A program made the translations under genes and the position numbers. Source: an archaeon (GTDB lineage Archaea > Iainarchaeota > Iainarchaeia > Iainarchaeales > CSSED10-239). Taken from it: DNA of 32,000 nt. Below are positions 1 through 8,126 of the stretch, piece by piece. The DNA lies in NCBI GenBank assembly GCA_035390665.1, contig DAOOUC010000004.1, positions 46,702 to 78,701 of the forward strand, written 5' to 3'. The stretch's first letter is position 1, and every line of letters begins with the position of its first letter. The notes below the pieces were generated by a model that searched no databases, was not told the DNA's origin, and saw nothing but the letters and a program-made list of their open reading frames with translations.

Positions 1-969
1 ATTATTCTCACTTAACATTGTATTAATTGCATTATTAAGATTATCTTTTAATTCTGAATCATAAGAATATAGGGCGGTTTTTGCTAAATAAAAATCCTGT
101 CTTGCTTTTATTTTAGATGCAAATTGATCTATTGTACTATTTGGTCCTGTTCTTTCAAATTCGGATACAATTTCTTGATAAAATTGACTTGTACTAGACA
201 AATATTCAGAAATTGTTGAAATTTCTGAAGATAGATTAGATGGTGCTTCAATATAGCTTAAAATTAATCGTTTTGTTGTTTCATCTAGTGTTTTATCTGC
301 TACAACAACCTCAATTATGTTGTTTATAGAGTCTTTGTAATTAACAGATTCTGAAATTAGTTTATTATATCCAGAAAATGACGTTTTATACAACTGTAAT
401 ATAGAATCCACTTTTTTACAATCTGCTGTATCTAAAAACACTGTTTGTTCTTTTTGTAATTTTACTAAATTTTTATAAAGAACATCTAATTGTGAAATTA
501 AAGAATCAACCTTTGATTTAGTTTCTGTGGTTCTTTGATTTATTGTAGTTGAATAATTGGATTTGATAATTCCGTCATATTTTGCACTTTTTGATTTTAA
601 TATGGTATTTAGATTATCTATTCTATCTAATAATTGCTGAGAAAGATAATTATTTCCTGATTTTGTATTTATTTGTCTATAAAGTTGTGCTGTTCTTAGA
701 ACATTTTTAGTGTTTTCGTTTGTTTGGTATAATACATTACCATTATTTGATTCTACTGGAATAAAGAAATTTAATGCCCCTTTTCCATCTACAATTCCAA
801 TCATATAATATTCATTAGAATCGCATTTTACATAATAAAAAGAAGAATCAATGAATTCATTAGATTGCATATATTCTTTTGCAACATCTTGTGCATTATA
901 TAATGATATACCATTAACCATTGGTAAAATAAAAATAATAAATATAAATATAAATTTTAAATTTTTCAT
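1..969 (-). CDS. Secreted protein of unknown function (C-terminus cut by window edge)
   Basis: Absent from the ORF track because it runs off the window. Hand translation from the ATG at 969..967 gives MKNLKFIFIFIIFILPMVNGISLYNAQDV..., a signal-peptide-like N-terminus. The frame stays open for all 323 codons down to position 1. It starts 2 nt after the stop of the 972..1931 gene, so it is probably in the same operon. Confidence 0.55.
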   Translation of the reverse strand, partial: MKNLKFIFIFIIFILPMVNGISLYNAQDVAKEYMQSNEFIDSSFYYVKCDSNEYYMIGIVDGKGALNFFIPVESNNGNVLYQTNENTKNVLRTAQLYRQINTKSGNNYLSQQLLDRIDNLNTILKSKSAKYDGIIKSNYSTTINQRTTETKSKVDSLISQLDVLYKNLVKLQKEQTVFLDTADCKKVDSILQLYKTSFSGYNKLISESVNYKDSINNIIEVVVADKTLDETTKRLILSYIEAPSNLSSEISTISEYLSSTSQFYQEIVSEFERTGPNSTIDQFASKIKARQDFYLAKTALYSYDSELKDNLNNAINTMLSENN

Positions 970-971
970 GA

Positions 972-1931
972 TTATCCTTTCTCTTCAAATATTTTATTAA
1001 ATATGGATACAAATAATGCATATACTAAAAATATAATACTTAGATAAGTATAAATAAAAGAAGACAAAAAAAGCATAAAGATTATAGCAAAGAAATTTTC
1101 AATTAAAATCATAATAGGTATGCTTTTTATTGTATCCATTACTTTAATTTTTACTTCTGTAGAATTAAGATTAGGATACAATTCTTCTATTTCTGAATTT
1201 GTTTTATTTTCTAGTGATTTATCATACAAATCATTTAAATATTCAGTAAATGCAATAGATTCTCGGTCTGTTTTTTTTTCTAGTGACTTAAATTGATTAG
1301 ATGATTTTAGGTGCTCTAGGTTAGCTTTTGTACACTGCGCACTTATTGTATATGATGTACCAATCCAAGGTCCTAAATCATCTGCAACAAATAATCCTAC
1401 CATTCCCGCTTCCATTTTTTCTGCATTTTCTTTTTGGTGTGGTAATATATAGAATGTGCCTGCTAAAAAAACAGCAATCAAGATAAACATTGTTAATTTT
1501 GATAATTGAGAACTTGATAGCTCATATAAATTTTTATATCCTTCTTGTGCTTTGTTTCTTACTAATACTGAAATAATTCCATGAGCAATAAAATAAAGCA
1601 CTAAAAATATAATAAAAAATAAATTTGGCTTAAATAAAATCAAAGAAATTATTAAAACTAAAAATAAAGAAATGACTAGTAATTTTATACTTTCCATTAT
1701 TTCTGAATTTATTGCCATAGATATTATGATTATTGAAGTTAATGGAAAGAAAATTAAAAACAATAGAAAATTCAAAGTAAATATGGAGTTAAAAACTGAA
1801 ATCAAATCAAATACAATTAATGTATCCATTGTTAATTTAGATGAAATTAAAAAATAGATCCAAAAAAGTGTAGAAAAGACAATTAAAGATATCTTAATAA
1901 TATTCTTTGTCTTAAATAATTCTTCACTCAT
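972..1931 (-). CDS. Polytopic membrane protein, unknown function
   Basis: 319-aa ORF with an ATG start that overlaps the map stop as ATGA. It has several long hydrophobic segments at both ends and a polar central region. I recognise no family motif. Confidence 0.5.
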   Translation of the reverse strand: MSEELFKTKNIIKISLIVFSTLFWIYFLISSKLTMDTLIVFDLISVFNSIFTLNFLLFLIFFPLTSIIIISMAINSEIMESIKLLVISLFLVLIISLILFKPNLFFIIFLVLYFIAHGIISVLVRNKAQEGYKNLYELSSSQLSKLTMFILIAVFLAGTFYILPHQKENAEKMEAGMVGLFVADDLGPWIGTSYTISAQCTKANLEHLKSSNQFKSLEKKTDRESIAFTEYLNDLYDKSLENKTNSEIEELYPNLNSTEVKIKVMDTIKSIPIMILIENFFAIIFMLFLSSFIYTYLSIIFLVYALFVSIFNKIFEEKG

Positions 1932-2845
1932 AATATCTCATCAATTTCTACAAAATCAATTGCTTCTTTGTCATTAACAAAAAATGTTGTTTCTGCTTGG
2001 GAAACTAATGACCCTGGTTTGTCTATTAAAACCGGATATGCTGCAATTATTTGTGCTTTTAATAGCTCTCTTATTGCAACCTTTCTTTCAAAAGAAGACA
2101 TTCCTTTTCCAATCCAGAATTCTGAAAATGCAAGACCATCAAAAGTTTTTATTTCTTCTAAAAGCTTTCTTGCATTTGGATTTCTTATTGGATATTCTTC
2201 TTCAAATTTAAAAATATAAACTTGATTTCCTTCTGTTACATAACCACTTCCGGTTGTTACAAATGGTTCTACTGCAAACCAAGAATCTATATCTTTAAAG
2301 TAAATATCTAGATTGTTTTTTACATTTGGAATAGACGGATAATTGTGTGTAGTATATCTTGTTATTGTGTGCCCTGTTAGATTTGAGACAGGTTTAAAGT
2401 TATAAGATATAATTTTATTCTCTATAATTTCTCCAAGTTTTGAAATTTTTGCAGTTTTTGGATTTTTAAAAAGATAGTCTTTTGCAGAAAGTAAAGCCTC
2501 AATACTTGCTTCTCTTAATTTCTCATTTTCTTTTTTAAAAACAAATGTTTGAGATGAGTCTGTGATATATCCTTCAATTGATACACCTACATCTACCTTT
2601 AAAACATCGCTTTCTTTAACAAGCACTTGCTCTTCAGGATTATAACTATTATGTGCTGCTTCTTGATTTATTGAGAGATTTACTGGCCAAGCAGGAACTC
2701 CTCCTGCTTCTCTGATAAATGTTTCAATCTTTGTTCCTATCTCTAAAAAACTTACACCTGGTTTAACTATTTTTTTTGCAAGCTTTTGTGCTTTATTATT
2801 AATTATTCCTGATTTTTTTAAAATTTCTATTTCTTCTGCTTCCAT
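1928..2845 (-). CDS. map: Methionine aminopeptidase, type 2 (archaeal)
   Basis: 305 aa with an ATG start. The pita-bread fold pattern typical of archaeal MetAP2 is present: ...AAHNSYNPEE..., VLKVDVGVSIEGYITDSSQTF, LTGHTITRY, FAVEPFVTTGSGYV. Confidence 0.85.
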   Translation of the reverse strand: MEAEEIEILKKSGIINNKAQKLAKKIVKPGVSFLEIGTKIETFIREAGGVPAWPVNLSINQEAAHNSYNPEEQVLVKESDVLKVDVGVSIEGYITDSSQTFVFKKENEKLREASIEALLSAKDYLFKNPKTAKISKLGEIIENKIISYNFKPVSNLTGHTITRYTTHNYPSIPNVKNNLDIYFKDIDSWFAVEPFVTTGSGYVTEGNQVYIFKFEEEYPIRNPNARKLLEEIKTFDGLAFSEFWIGKGMSSFERKVAIRELLKAQIIAAYPVLIDKPGSLVSQAETTFFVNDKEAIDFVEIDEIL

Positions 2846-2852
2846 AACTCAA

Positions 2853-3317
2853 TCATTTCTTTTTACTTATAAAAAACAAAACTAAGATTCCTGCAACTAA
2901 ACCTAAAGCAATAGGCATATCAGGAACAGGAGTTTTTCTTTGCCCTTTTGAAACAGTTATCCATTTTTGCATCATGTTGTTTGAAGGGTTATTATCAGAA
3001 TTTAATATAATTGCTCTAATTAAATGTGGAGAATTTGAGGCATTGCTATCTGTTACTATAATTGTGTGAACTTTTTTAAATGTAGAATTTGCATTAACGT
3101 CTATATCTTCTAGATTATCTTCTCTTATAATTGCTCCAGAAGGAGAATAAAAATAAACATTTAAATCTAAATCTTCTGTGTTTGTTGAATTGTTTACTAA
3201 ATCAATTTCTATAGAAATATTTTTATCTTCATAAGCAACTTTAGGAATAACCAGGTCACTTATATAATAATCCTCTGCAGAAATAAAACCAAATATTAAA
3301 ATTAAAAATATAGCCAA
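2853..3317 (-). CDS. Small secreted / C-terminally anchored surface protein (CARDB-like by eye)
   Basis: Hydrophobic N-terminus, Asn-rich beta-type middle with many N-x-S/T sequons, and a C-terminal PIALGLVAGILVLFFISKKK (TM helix plus basic tail). The track start is a TTG. There is no in-frame ATG, and the AAGGTGAT SD sits 21 nt upstream, so the true start is uncertain (see findings). Confidence 0.45.
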   Translation of the reverse strand: MAIFLILIFGFISAEDYYISDLVIPKVAYEDKNISIEIDLVNNSTNTEDLDLNVYFYSPSGAIIREDNLEDIDVNANSTFKKVHTIIVTDSNASNSPHLIRAIILNSDNNPSNNMMQKWITVSKGQRKTPVPDMPIALGLVAGILVLFFISKKK

Positions 3318-3420
3318 TAATATTTTTTTTATGATTAATCACCTTATAATATTATATTTATAATAATATAATATATGTAAGGTTTATAAAAATAGCTAAT
3401 TTAAAAGAAAAAGAAAAAAA

Positions 3421-3891
3421 TCAGTTGAGTTTAGAATCATACTCTCCTGAATTAAATGCTTTTAGAGCTTCTGCTGGTGTCTTTCCATCAATATTAACAC
3501 CAAGGGATCTACAAGTTCCCATAACTTCTCTAATTGCAGTTTTCATGTTTCTTGCATTTAACTGGTTATATTTTGCTTTTGTTATCTTTAAGATTTTATC
3601 AAAAGAAATATCTCCTGCGACGACAGACCCTGCTTTCCCTGATGCGGTCTTTAAATTTAATTCCTTTTTGATTAATGCGCTTGTTAATGGTGCACCGACT
3701 TCTATTGAAAAGCTTTTATCTGTGTTAACATGTACTTTAACTGGCACTTGCATGCCTTCTAAATCTTTTGTTTTATTATTTATTTCCTTAACAACATCAA
3801 CCGTGTTAATCCCAAGTGGCCCTAAAGCTGGACCTAATGGTGGACCTGCGTTTGCTTTTCCTGCATCTACTAAAACTTTTATTGTTGACAT
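3421..3891 (-). CDS. rpl11: Large-subunit ribosomal protein uL11
   Basis: The sequence KVLVDAGKANAGPPLGPALGPLGINTVDVVKEIN is the uL11 N-terminal signature. 156 aa, ATG start, directly downstream of spt5 as in the conserved archaeal cluster. Confidence 0.95.
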   Translation of the reverse strand: MSTIKVLVDAGKANAGPPLGPALGPLGINTVDVVKEINNKTKDLEGMQVPVKVHVNTDKSFSIEVGAPLTSALIKKELNLKTASGKAGSVVAGDISFDKILKITKAKYNQLNARNMKTAIREVMGTCRSLGVNIDGKTPAEALKAFNSGEYDSKLN

Positions 3892-3907
3892 ATTTTTTTC
3901 ACATCCT

Positions 3908-4345
3908 TTAGTTTAATAATTTAATATTTTCTGCTTTCATTGTTATTGGAACTTTAACTGTTGCATCAAATAATTCAATAACAACTTCTTCTTTTGCAAC
4001 ATTTACTCTTGTTACTTTTGCTCTTGAGCCTTTAAATGGACCAAGTATTATCTCAACAGTTTGTCCTGGTTTAATTGAGCTCATTAATGGTCTAGATTCT
4101 AATATCCCAGCAATCTCTTTAATGTTGATATTACCTGTAACAATTTGCCCTCCTTTAATGTGAGGAACATTGTGTATAAGTAACTCCACTGTCTTTTCAG
4201 AGTCTGCTTCAATTAAGATATATCCTTTAAGATCTGCCATCTCTACTAAAGAAAAAACAGGAAGTCCGTCTTCTTTTATCTTGTGATATAAAATATCTAT
4301 AACAACCCTTTCTTGACCAACTGTTGTTCTAACTGTAAAAATCAT
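3908..4345 (-). CDS. spt5: Transcription elongation factor Spt5 (NusG homologue)
   Basis: 145 aa. NGN domain (MIFTVRTTVGQERVVIDIL...GYILIEA) followed by a KOW motif (KPGQTVEIILGPFKGSRAKVTRV). Sits in the conserved secE-spt5-rpl11 order. Confidence 0.9.
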   Translation of the reverse strand: MIFTVRTTVGQERVVIDILYHKIKEDGLPVFSLVEMADLKGYILIEADSEKTVELLIHNVPHIKGGQIVTGNINIKEIAGILESRPLMSSIKPGQTVEIILGPFKGSRAKVTRVNVAKEEVVIELFDATVKVPITMKAENIKLLN

Positions 4346-4521
4346 ATCGCACCACTTATTATATTCATTATAAGTCTTACAATAAAGCCAATTACTCCAA
4401 TAACAACCATTCCAAGACCAACAACTTTTGCCATTGCCCAGAATTCTTTATTGCTTGGCTTTTTTGCAATCAATAATATTCTTTTTGAAGATTCAAAAAA
4501 TTCTTTTAATTTATTTGCCAT
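4342..4521 (-). CDS. secE: Preprotein translocase subunit SecE (Sec61-gamma)
   Basis: Below the ORF-track size cut-off; hand-translated from the ATG at 4521..4519: MANKLKEFFESSKRILLIAKKPSNKEFWAMAKVVGLGMVVIGVIGFIVRLIMNIISGAI (59 aa). It has the KPxxxEF motif plus a single TM helix. Its TGA overlaps the spt5 ATG (ATGA). The position between ftsZ and spt5 is the canonical one. Confidence 0.75.
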   Translation of the reverse strand: MANKLKEFFESSKRILLIAKKPSNKEFWAMAKVVGLGMVVIGVIGFIVRLIMNIISGAI

Positions 4522-4535
4522 TTTTTATCATCATT

Positions 4536-5651
4536 TTACATACTATCTATATCTAAATCAAGATTTTGTTTTTTCTTACCAATATTATTTCCAACAATGT
4601 CACTTAAGTAAGAAATATCTGCTCCTGCAATTACAGCCATAACTTTTATGGTGTTTCTTGGAACATCATCATCAACCATAGCACCCCAGATAATGTGTGC
4701 ATCAGGACTTATTCTTGATGCTACTGTTTCAACAATCAACTCTGCTTCTTTTAAAGTCATGTCTTGGCCACCTAAAACATTTACTAATGCTTTTGTGGCA
4801 TTACCTATCTCAATATCAAGCAAAGGAGAAGTTAAAGCATTCTCTACTGCTTCAATTGCTCTTGAATCATTATTGTTCTTGTGTGTTGCACTTTCGCCAA
4901 CACCAATCATTGCAAGACCACCATTTGTTAATATTGTTCTAAGATCCGCAAAATCAAGATTAATTATTCCTGCTTTTGTTACAAGTTCAATTATTCCTTT
5001 CACTGATTGAGTTAAAATCTTATCAACTTCTTGGAAAGCAATCTGTAATGGTAAATCTGGTGCAATTTCTAAAATCTTATCGTTTGGTATAATTATTAAA
5101 GTATCAACTTCTTTTTTTAATTTCTCTAAACCAGATAATGCATTTTCAATTCTTTGTTTTCCTTCAACAGCAAATGGTAAAGTTACAACACCAATACAAA
5201 GTGCTTTTTTTTCTTTAACAATCTTAGCCACTTCTGATATTGCTCCAGTTCCTGTTCCTCCACCAAGTCCACAAGTAACAAAGACCATGTCTGCATCTTT
5301 TAATACTGTTTTTATTTCTTCTTTTGATTCTTCTGCTGCAGCTCTACCAACTTCGGGGTTTGAACCTGCTCCTAATCCTCTTGTAGTTTTTTTACCGATT
5401 AGCATTTTTTTATCTGCTCTAATCTTTAATAGCGCTTGAGCATCTGTGTTCATTGCAATCATTACTGCGCCTTCGATTCCTGTTTGGTTCATCCGGTCAA
5501 GACTATTTCCACCAGAACCTCCAACACCAATAACATAAATGCTTGGTAATGATGCTCTTAAAAATTCCTCTAAGTCTTCATCGTCACTTCTTTGTACTTT
5601 CTCGCTATTTTTGTCTTGTGCAACTACTTTGCTGCTTGGTATTCCGCTCAA
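4536..5651 (-). CDS. ftsZ: Cell division protein FtsZ
   Basis: GVGGSGGNSLDRM and the tubulin signature GLGGGTGTGA are present. 371 aa. There is no in-frame ATG upstream of the GTP-binding motifs. The start is a TTG at 5651..5649, preceded at 7-nt spacing by GGGGGAG (complement of 5659..5665). Confidence 0.95.
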   Translation of the reverse strand: MSGIPSSKVVAQDKNSEKVQRSDDEDLEEFLRASLPSIYVIGVGGSGGNSLDRMNQTGIEGAVMIAMNTDAQALLKIRADKKMLIGKKTTRGLGAGSNPEVGRAAAEESKEEIKTVLKDADMVFVTCGLGGGTGTGAISEVAKIVKEKKALCIGVVTLPFAVEGKQRIENALSGLEKLKKEVDTLIIIPNDKILEIAPDLPLQIAFQEVDKILTQSVKGIIELVTKAGIINLDFADLRTILTNGGLAMIGVGESATHKNNNDSRAIEAVENALTSPLLDIEIGNATKALVNVLGGQDMTLKEAELIVETVASRISPDAHIIWGAMVDDDVPRNTIKVMAVIAGADISYLSDIVGNNIGKKKQNLDLDIDSM

Positions 5652-5739
5652 AACTATTCTCCCCCTTGTTGTCTTATCTTTATGCTCGCAAAAATTAATA
5701 TTATATAAAAAAAGATATAATATTTATAGATAAGAAACC

Positions 5740-5747
5740 TTTAAATA
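5740..5747 (+). promoter_or_regulatory. Putative TATA box (TTTAAATA) with purine-rich BRE-like AGAAAC upstream, for the 5788 gene
   Basis: TTTAAATA lies about 40 nt upstream of the ATG at 5788. It is the same GAAAC-TTTAAATA arrangement as the promoter proposed for the orphan RNA at 26505..26512. Confidence 0.35.
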
Positions 5748-5787
5748 TAAATCTATTTTATGTTTTATAAGGACAAAGGGATAATTT

Positions 5788-6693
5788 ATGGTAGATTTAG
5801 AAGTTTCAAGAGTGGCTAAAGACATTAAAGATATTAAGATACAAGGAGCAAGTAAGATTGAACTTGCTGCAATTAATGTTATTAAGGATTTTATAAATAG
5901 AAGTAATTTATCTGGAAATGATTTCTTGGGAGAACTTGTAATTAATATTAATCATTTAATTTCTCAAAGACCAAACGAGCCAAAGCTTAGAAATTCTTTG
6001 ACTTATATCTGGCAGGTTGCTAATAAATATTCAGAGATTAAAGACAGAAATTATCTTGTAGACTATATTGACAATTATGAGAATAATATTAGTAAAGGAA
6101 ACGAACAGATTTCTGAGTTTGCTTCTCAATTGATTACTAATGGCTCTATTATTCTTACTCATTGCCATTCTAATCTTGTAGAGCAGGCATTTAAGAAAGC
6201 TTACGACAGAGGAATTGACTTTGAGGTTTACTGTACAGAGACAAGACCTAGATTTCAAGGAAGAATTACTGCTAAGGCTTTGGCTGATTATGGAATCAAG
6301 ACAACACAGATTGTTGATTCTGCAGTTTCTGGTTATCTTAAAAAGATTGATTTTTTCTTGACAGGAGCAGATGTTGTTTTTCAAGATGGTTCTATTATGA
6401 ATAAAGTTGGAACACACACCATTAGTATTGCTGCTAAAAACTTTAAGACGCCTCATATTGTTTTAACATCAACACATTGTGTTGAAAGTGATGTTTTTGT
6501 TTCTTTAAACGAAAAGATAGAAGAAAGAGATATTGAAGAAATCTGGAAAGAAACAGACGGAAGACCAGAAAATTTAAAACTTAAAAATCCAAGTTTTGAT
6601 ATTGTTCCAAACGAATTAATTGACAAATTCATAACAGAAGAAGGAGTTTTCTCTCCTGAGACTTTAGCACTTTGGAATAGGAAAAAGAAATAA
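5788..6693 (+). CDS. eIF-2B alpha/beta/delta-family protein, probable ribose-1,5-bisphosphate isomerase
   Basis: 301 aa. Family motifs are ILTHCHSNLV (catalytic Cys context), CTETRPRFQGR, LTGADVVFQDGSIMNKVGTHTISIAAK. It is short like the e2b2/R15P-isomerase group rather than MtnA. An AMP phosphorylase is encoded in the same window (21648..23165). Confidence 0.7.
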   Translation: MVDLEVSRVAKDIKDIKIQGASKIELAAINVIKDFINRSNLSGNDFLGELVININHLISQRPNEPKLRNSLTYIWQVANKYSEIKDRNYLVDYIDNYENNISKGNEQISEFASQLITNGSIILTHCHSNLVEQAFKKAYDRGIDFEVYCTETRPRFQGRITAKALADYGIKTTQIVDSAVSGYLKKIDFFLTGADVVFQDGSIMNKVGTHTISIAAKNFKTPHIVLTSTHCVESDVFVSLNEKIEERDIEEIWKETDGRPENLKLKNPSFDIVPNELIDKFITEEGVFSPETLALWNRKKK

Positions 6694-6713
6694 AAATTAA
6701 AAGAATTAATAAT

Positions 6714-6872
6714 CTAACTATTGTTAATCATCTTACCAAATATGAATAATATTACTGCAACAATTAGAAACCAAAACCAATTGGAATTACCAACTAACGC
6801 AAGCATTCCTGCAATTAATACTGATACAGCGGCAGTTCCGTATCCAAATGCCCCAACATTCATGTTTTTCAT
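6714..6872 (-). CDS. 52-aa two-TM mini membrane protein
   Basis: Not in the track (<60 aa). A strong SD GGAGGTGA lies 4 nt upstream of the ATG at 6872..6870. Translation: MKNMNVGAFGYGTAAVSVLIAGMLALVGNSNWFWFLIVAVILFIFGKMINNS. It is the last gene of a four-gene minus-strand operon. Confidence 0.45.
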   Translation of the reverse strand: MKNMNVGAFGYGTAAVSVLIAGMLALVGNSNWFWFLIVAVILFIFGKMINNS

Positions 6873-6891
6873 TATTTCACCTCCGTTATAA

Positions 6892-7086
6892 TTATTCTTC
6901 TTTTATTACTAATGAAATTACTGCAAAGACAAATGCTACTAACCCAATAACCACAACCAATACTGTAGAAAATATGTTATCAGGGAACAAAATAGTCAAT
7001 AAAAAGAAAATTGCCTGTATTACTAAAATCCACCTTATACTGTCTTTATATTTTCTGCGGTTTTTTTGTTTCATATTAGTCTCCAT
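6892..7086 (-). CDS. 64-aa two-TM mini membrane protein
   Basis: ATG start 6 nt after the stop of the upstream coiled-coil gene. A basic N-terminus (KQKNRRKYK) is followed by two hydrophobic helices. Confidence 0.45.
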   Translation of the reverse strand: METNMKQKNRRKYKDSIRWILVIQAIFFLLTILFPDNIFSTVLVVVIGLVAFVFAVISLVIKEE

Positions 7087-7092
7087 TTACAA

Positions 7093-7845
7093 TCAATAAT
7101 CCATTGTTTCTAAATCTTGTTTTTTTGCTTTTTCAGCTTCTTCTTTTAGTTTTTTTACAGTGTCTTCAAATTCTTCTATTCTATAATATAATGTGTGGAT
7201 ATTAACTTTCATTTTTTCTTTTTCATCTGCTAATTTATAGAAAATACCTTTGTGATATCTCATATTTTTTAATCTTTCCTGACCTTCTTTTAATTGCTCT
7301 TTAAATCTCTTGATTTTATTTTCTGCTTCCATAATGTTTCTAGGCCAATATGATAATTCTTTTAAAACTTCAGAAATATGAAAATTATATTTCTTTTTTG
7401 TATCTTTTATTCCTTTTTCTACATCTTCTATTTTATCTAATATTTTTTTAAAACTGGATTTGGTAGCATATTCAGGGTATTTATCTAGATATTCTTGCAT
7501 TGCATTTATTTTTACATCATCAATGTCTGTATCCTTAAATTTTGGTTTTATTATTACTTTTGTTTTATTGGTTGCTTTTTTAGATGTAACTAGCATTTCT
7601 TTCTCGAAATTTTTTTCATCTTTCAATAAATTAAATAAATTTGTGTATAATGCGTGCTTCTCGTCTTCATCTGCAATAATGTCTTTCTTTAATTTCTGTA
7701 TAGCTGCAAGATTATCTTTTAATTTATGATTCATCATAAATAGCCAACTAACTTTTTTCTTTACATCTTCGTGTGCATAATTTAATGCATTTTGATATTC
7801 TTCTTTTATTGCCATTGCATCTTTTTTGCCGGTTATATCTACCAT
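7093..7845 (-). CDS. K/E-rich coiled-coil protein, unknown function
   Basis: 250 aa. ATG preceded by the SD GAGGGTGAT. The heptad-like charged composition runs throughout, with no TM segment and no motif I recognise. Confidence 0.5.
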   Translation of the reverse strand: MVDITGKKDAMAIKEEYQNALNYAHEDVKKKVSWLFMMNHKLKDNLAAIQKLKKDIIADEDEKHALYTNLFNLLKDEKNFEKEMLVTSKKATNKTKVIIKPKFKDTDIDDVKINAMQEYLDKYPEYATKSSFKKILDKIEDVEKGIKDTKKKYNFHISEVLKELSYWPRNIMEAENKIKRFKEQLKEGQERLKNMRYHKGIFYKLADEKEKMKVNIHTLYYRIEEFEDTVKKLKEEAEKAKKQDLETMDY

Positions 7846-7860
7846 TTAATCACCCTCAAT

Positions 7861-8028
7861 TTATTTAAAATAATCTTTTTCTTTTATATTTTTAGGTTTT
7901 ATTTCTACTTCGAAATGTTTCAACATAACTTTTATTGCTTCTTGTTTGGTCTTTAAGTTATTCATTAATTTATAGACTTCTACAATCTTGTCTTCTTTTT
8001 CCGATAAATCTATTTGAATTTTAACCAT
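7861..8028 (-). CDS. Small ribbon-helix-helix-like protein (CopG/DUF2683-like by eye)
   Basis: Not in the track (55 aa). Hand translation from the ATG at 8028..8026: MVKIQIDLSEKEDKIVEVYKLMNNLKTKQEAIKVMLKHFEVEIKPKNIKEKDYFK. An N-terminal beta-strand (KIQIDL) is followed by two helices, as in RHH antitoxin or repressor proteins. TAA at 7861..7863. Confidence 0.45.
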   Translation of the reverse strand: MVKIQIDLSEKEDKIVEVYKLMNNLKTKQEAIKVMLKHFEVEIKPKNIKEKDYFK

Positions 8029-8126
8029 ATAATTCCCTATATTGCCATATATCTTTATAATACAAAGTATTTAAAAATACTACTTTTAATTAAAAACAGA
8101 TAAATATTAAAAAACTTTTAAAAAAA

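Noticed and set aside
3425-3916. Long plus-strand ORF antisense to rpl11. Similar antisense or off-frame track ORFs occur at 1672..1857, 1968..2219, 1984..2211, 4313..4642, 4648..5010, 4697..4942, 5539..5733, 6031..6456, 6848..7099, 7460..7729, 11926..12147, 12274..12492, 13593..13811, 13901..14140, 15613..15900, 16825..17148, 17173..17415, 20186..20557, 20588..20770, 22016..22329, 22978..23160, 24806..24991, 27165..27605 and 30368..30550.
   Set aside because: Each lies inside, antisense to, or out of frame with a gene that has clear family motifs. Their translations are low-complexity, Leu/Phe/Ser-rich shadow sequences typical of AT-rich DNA.
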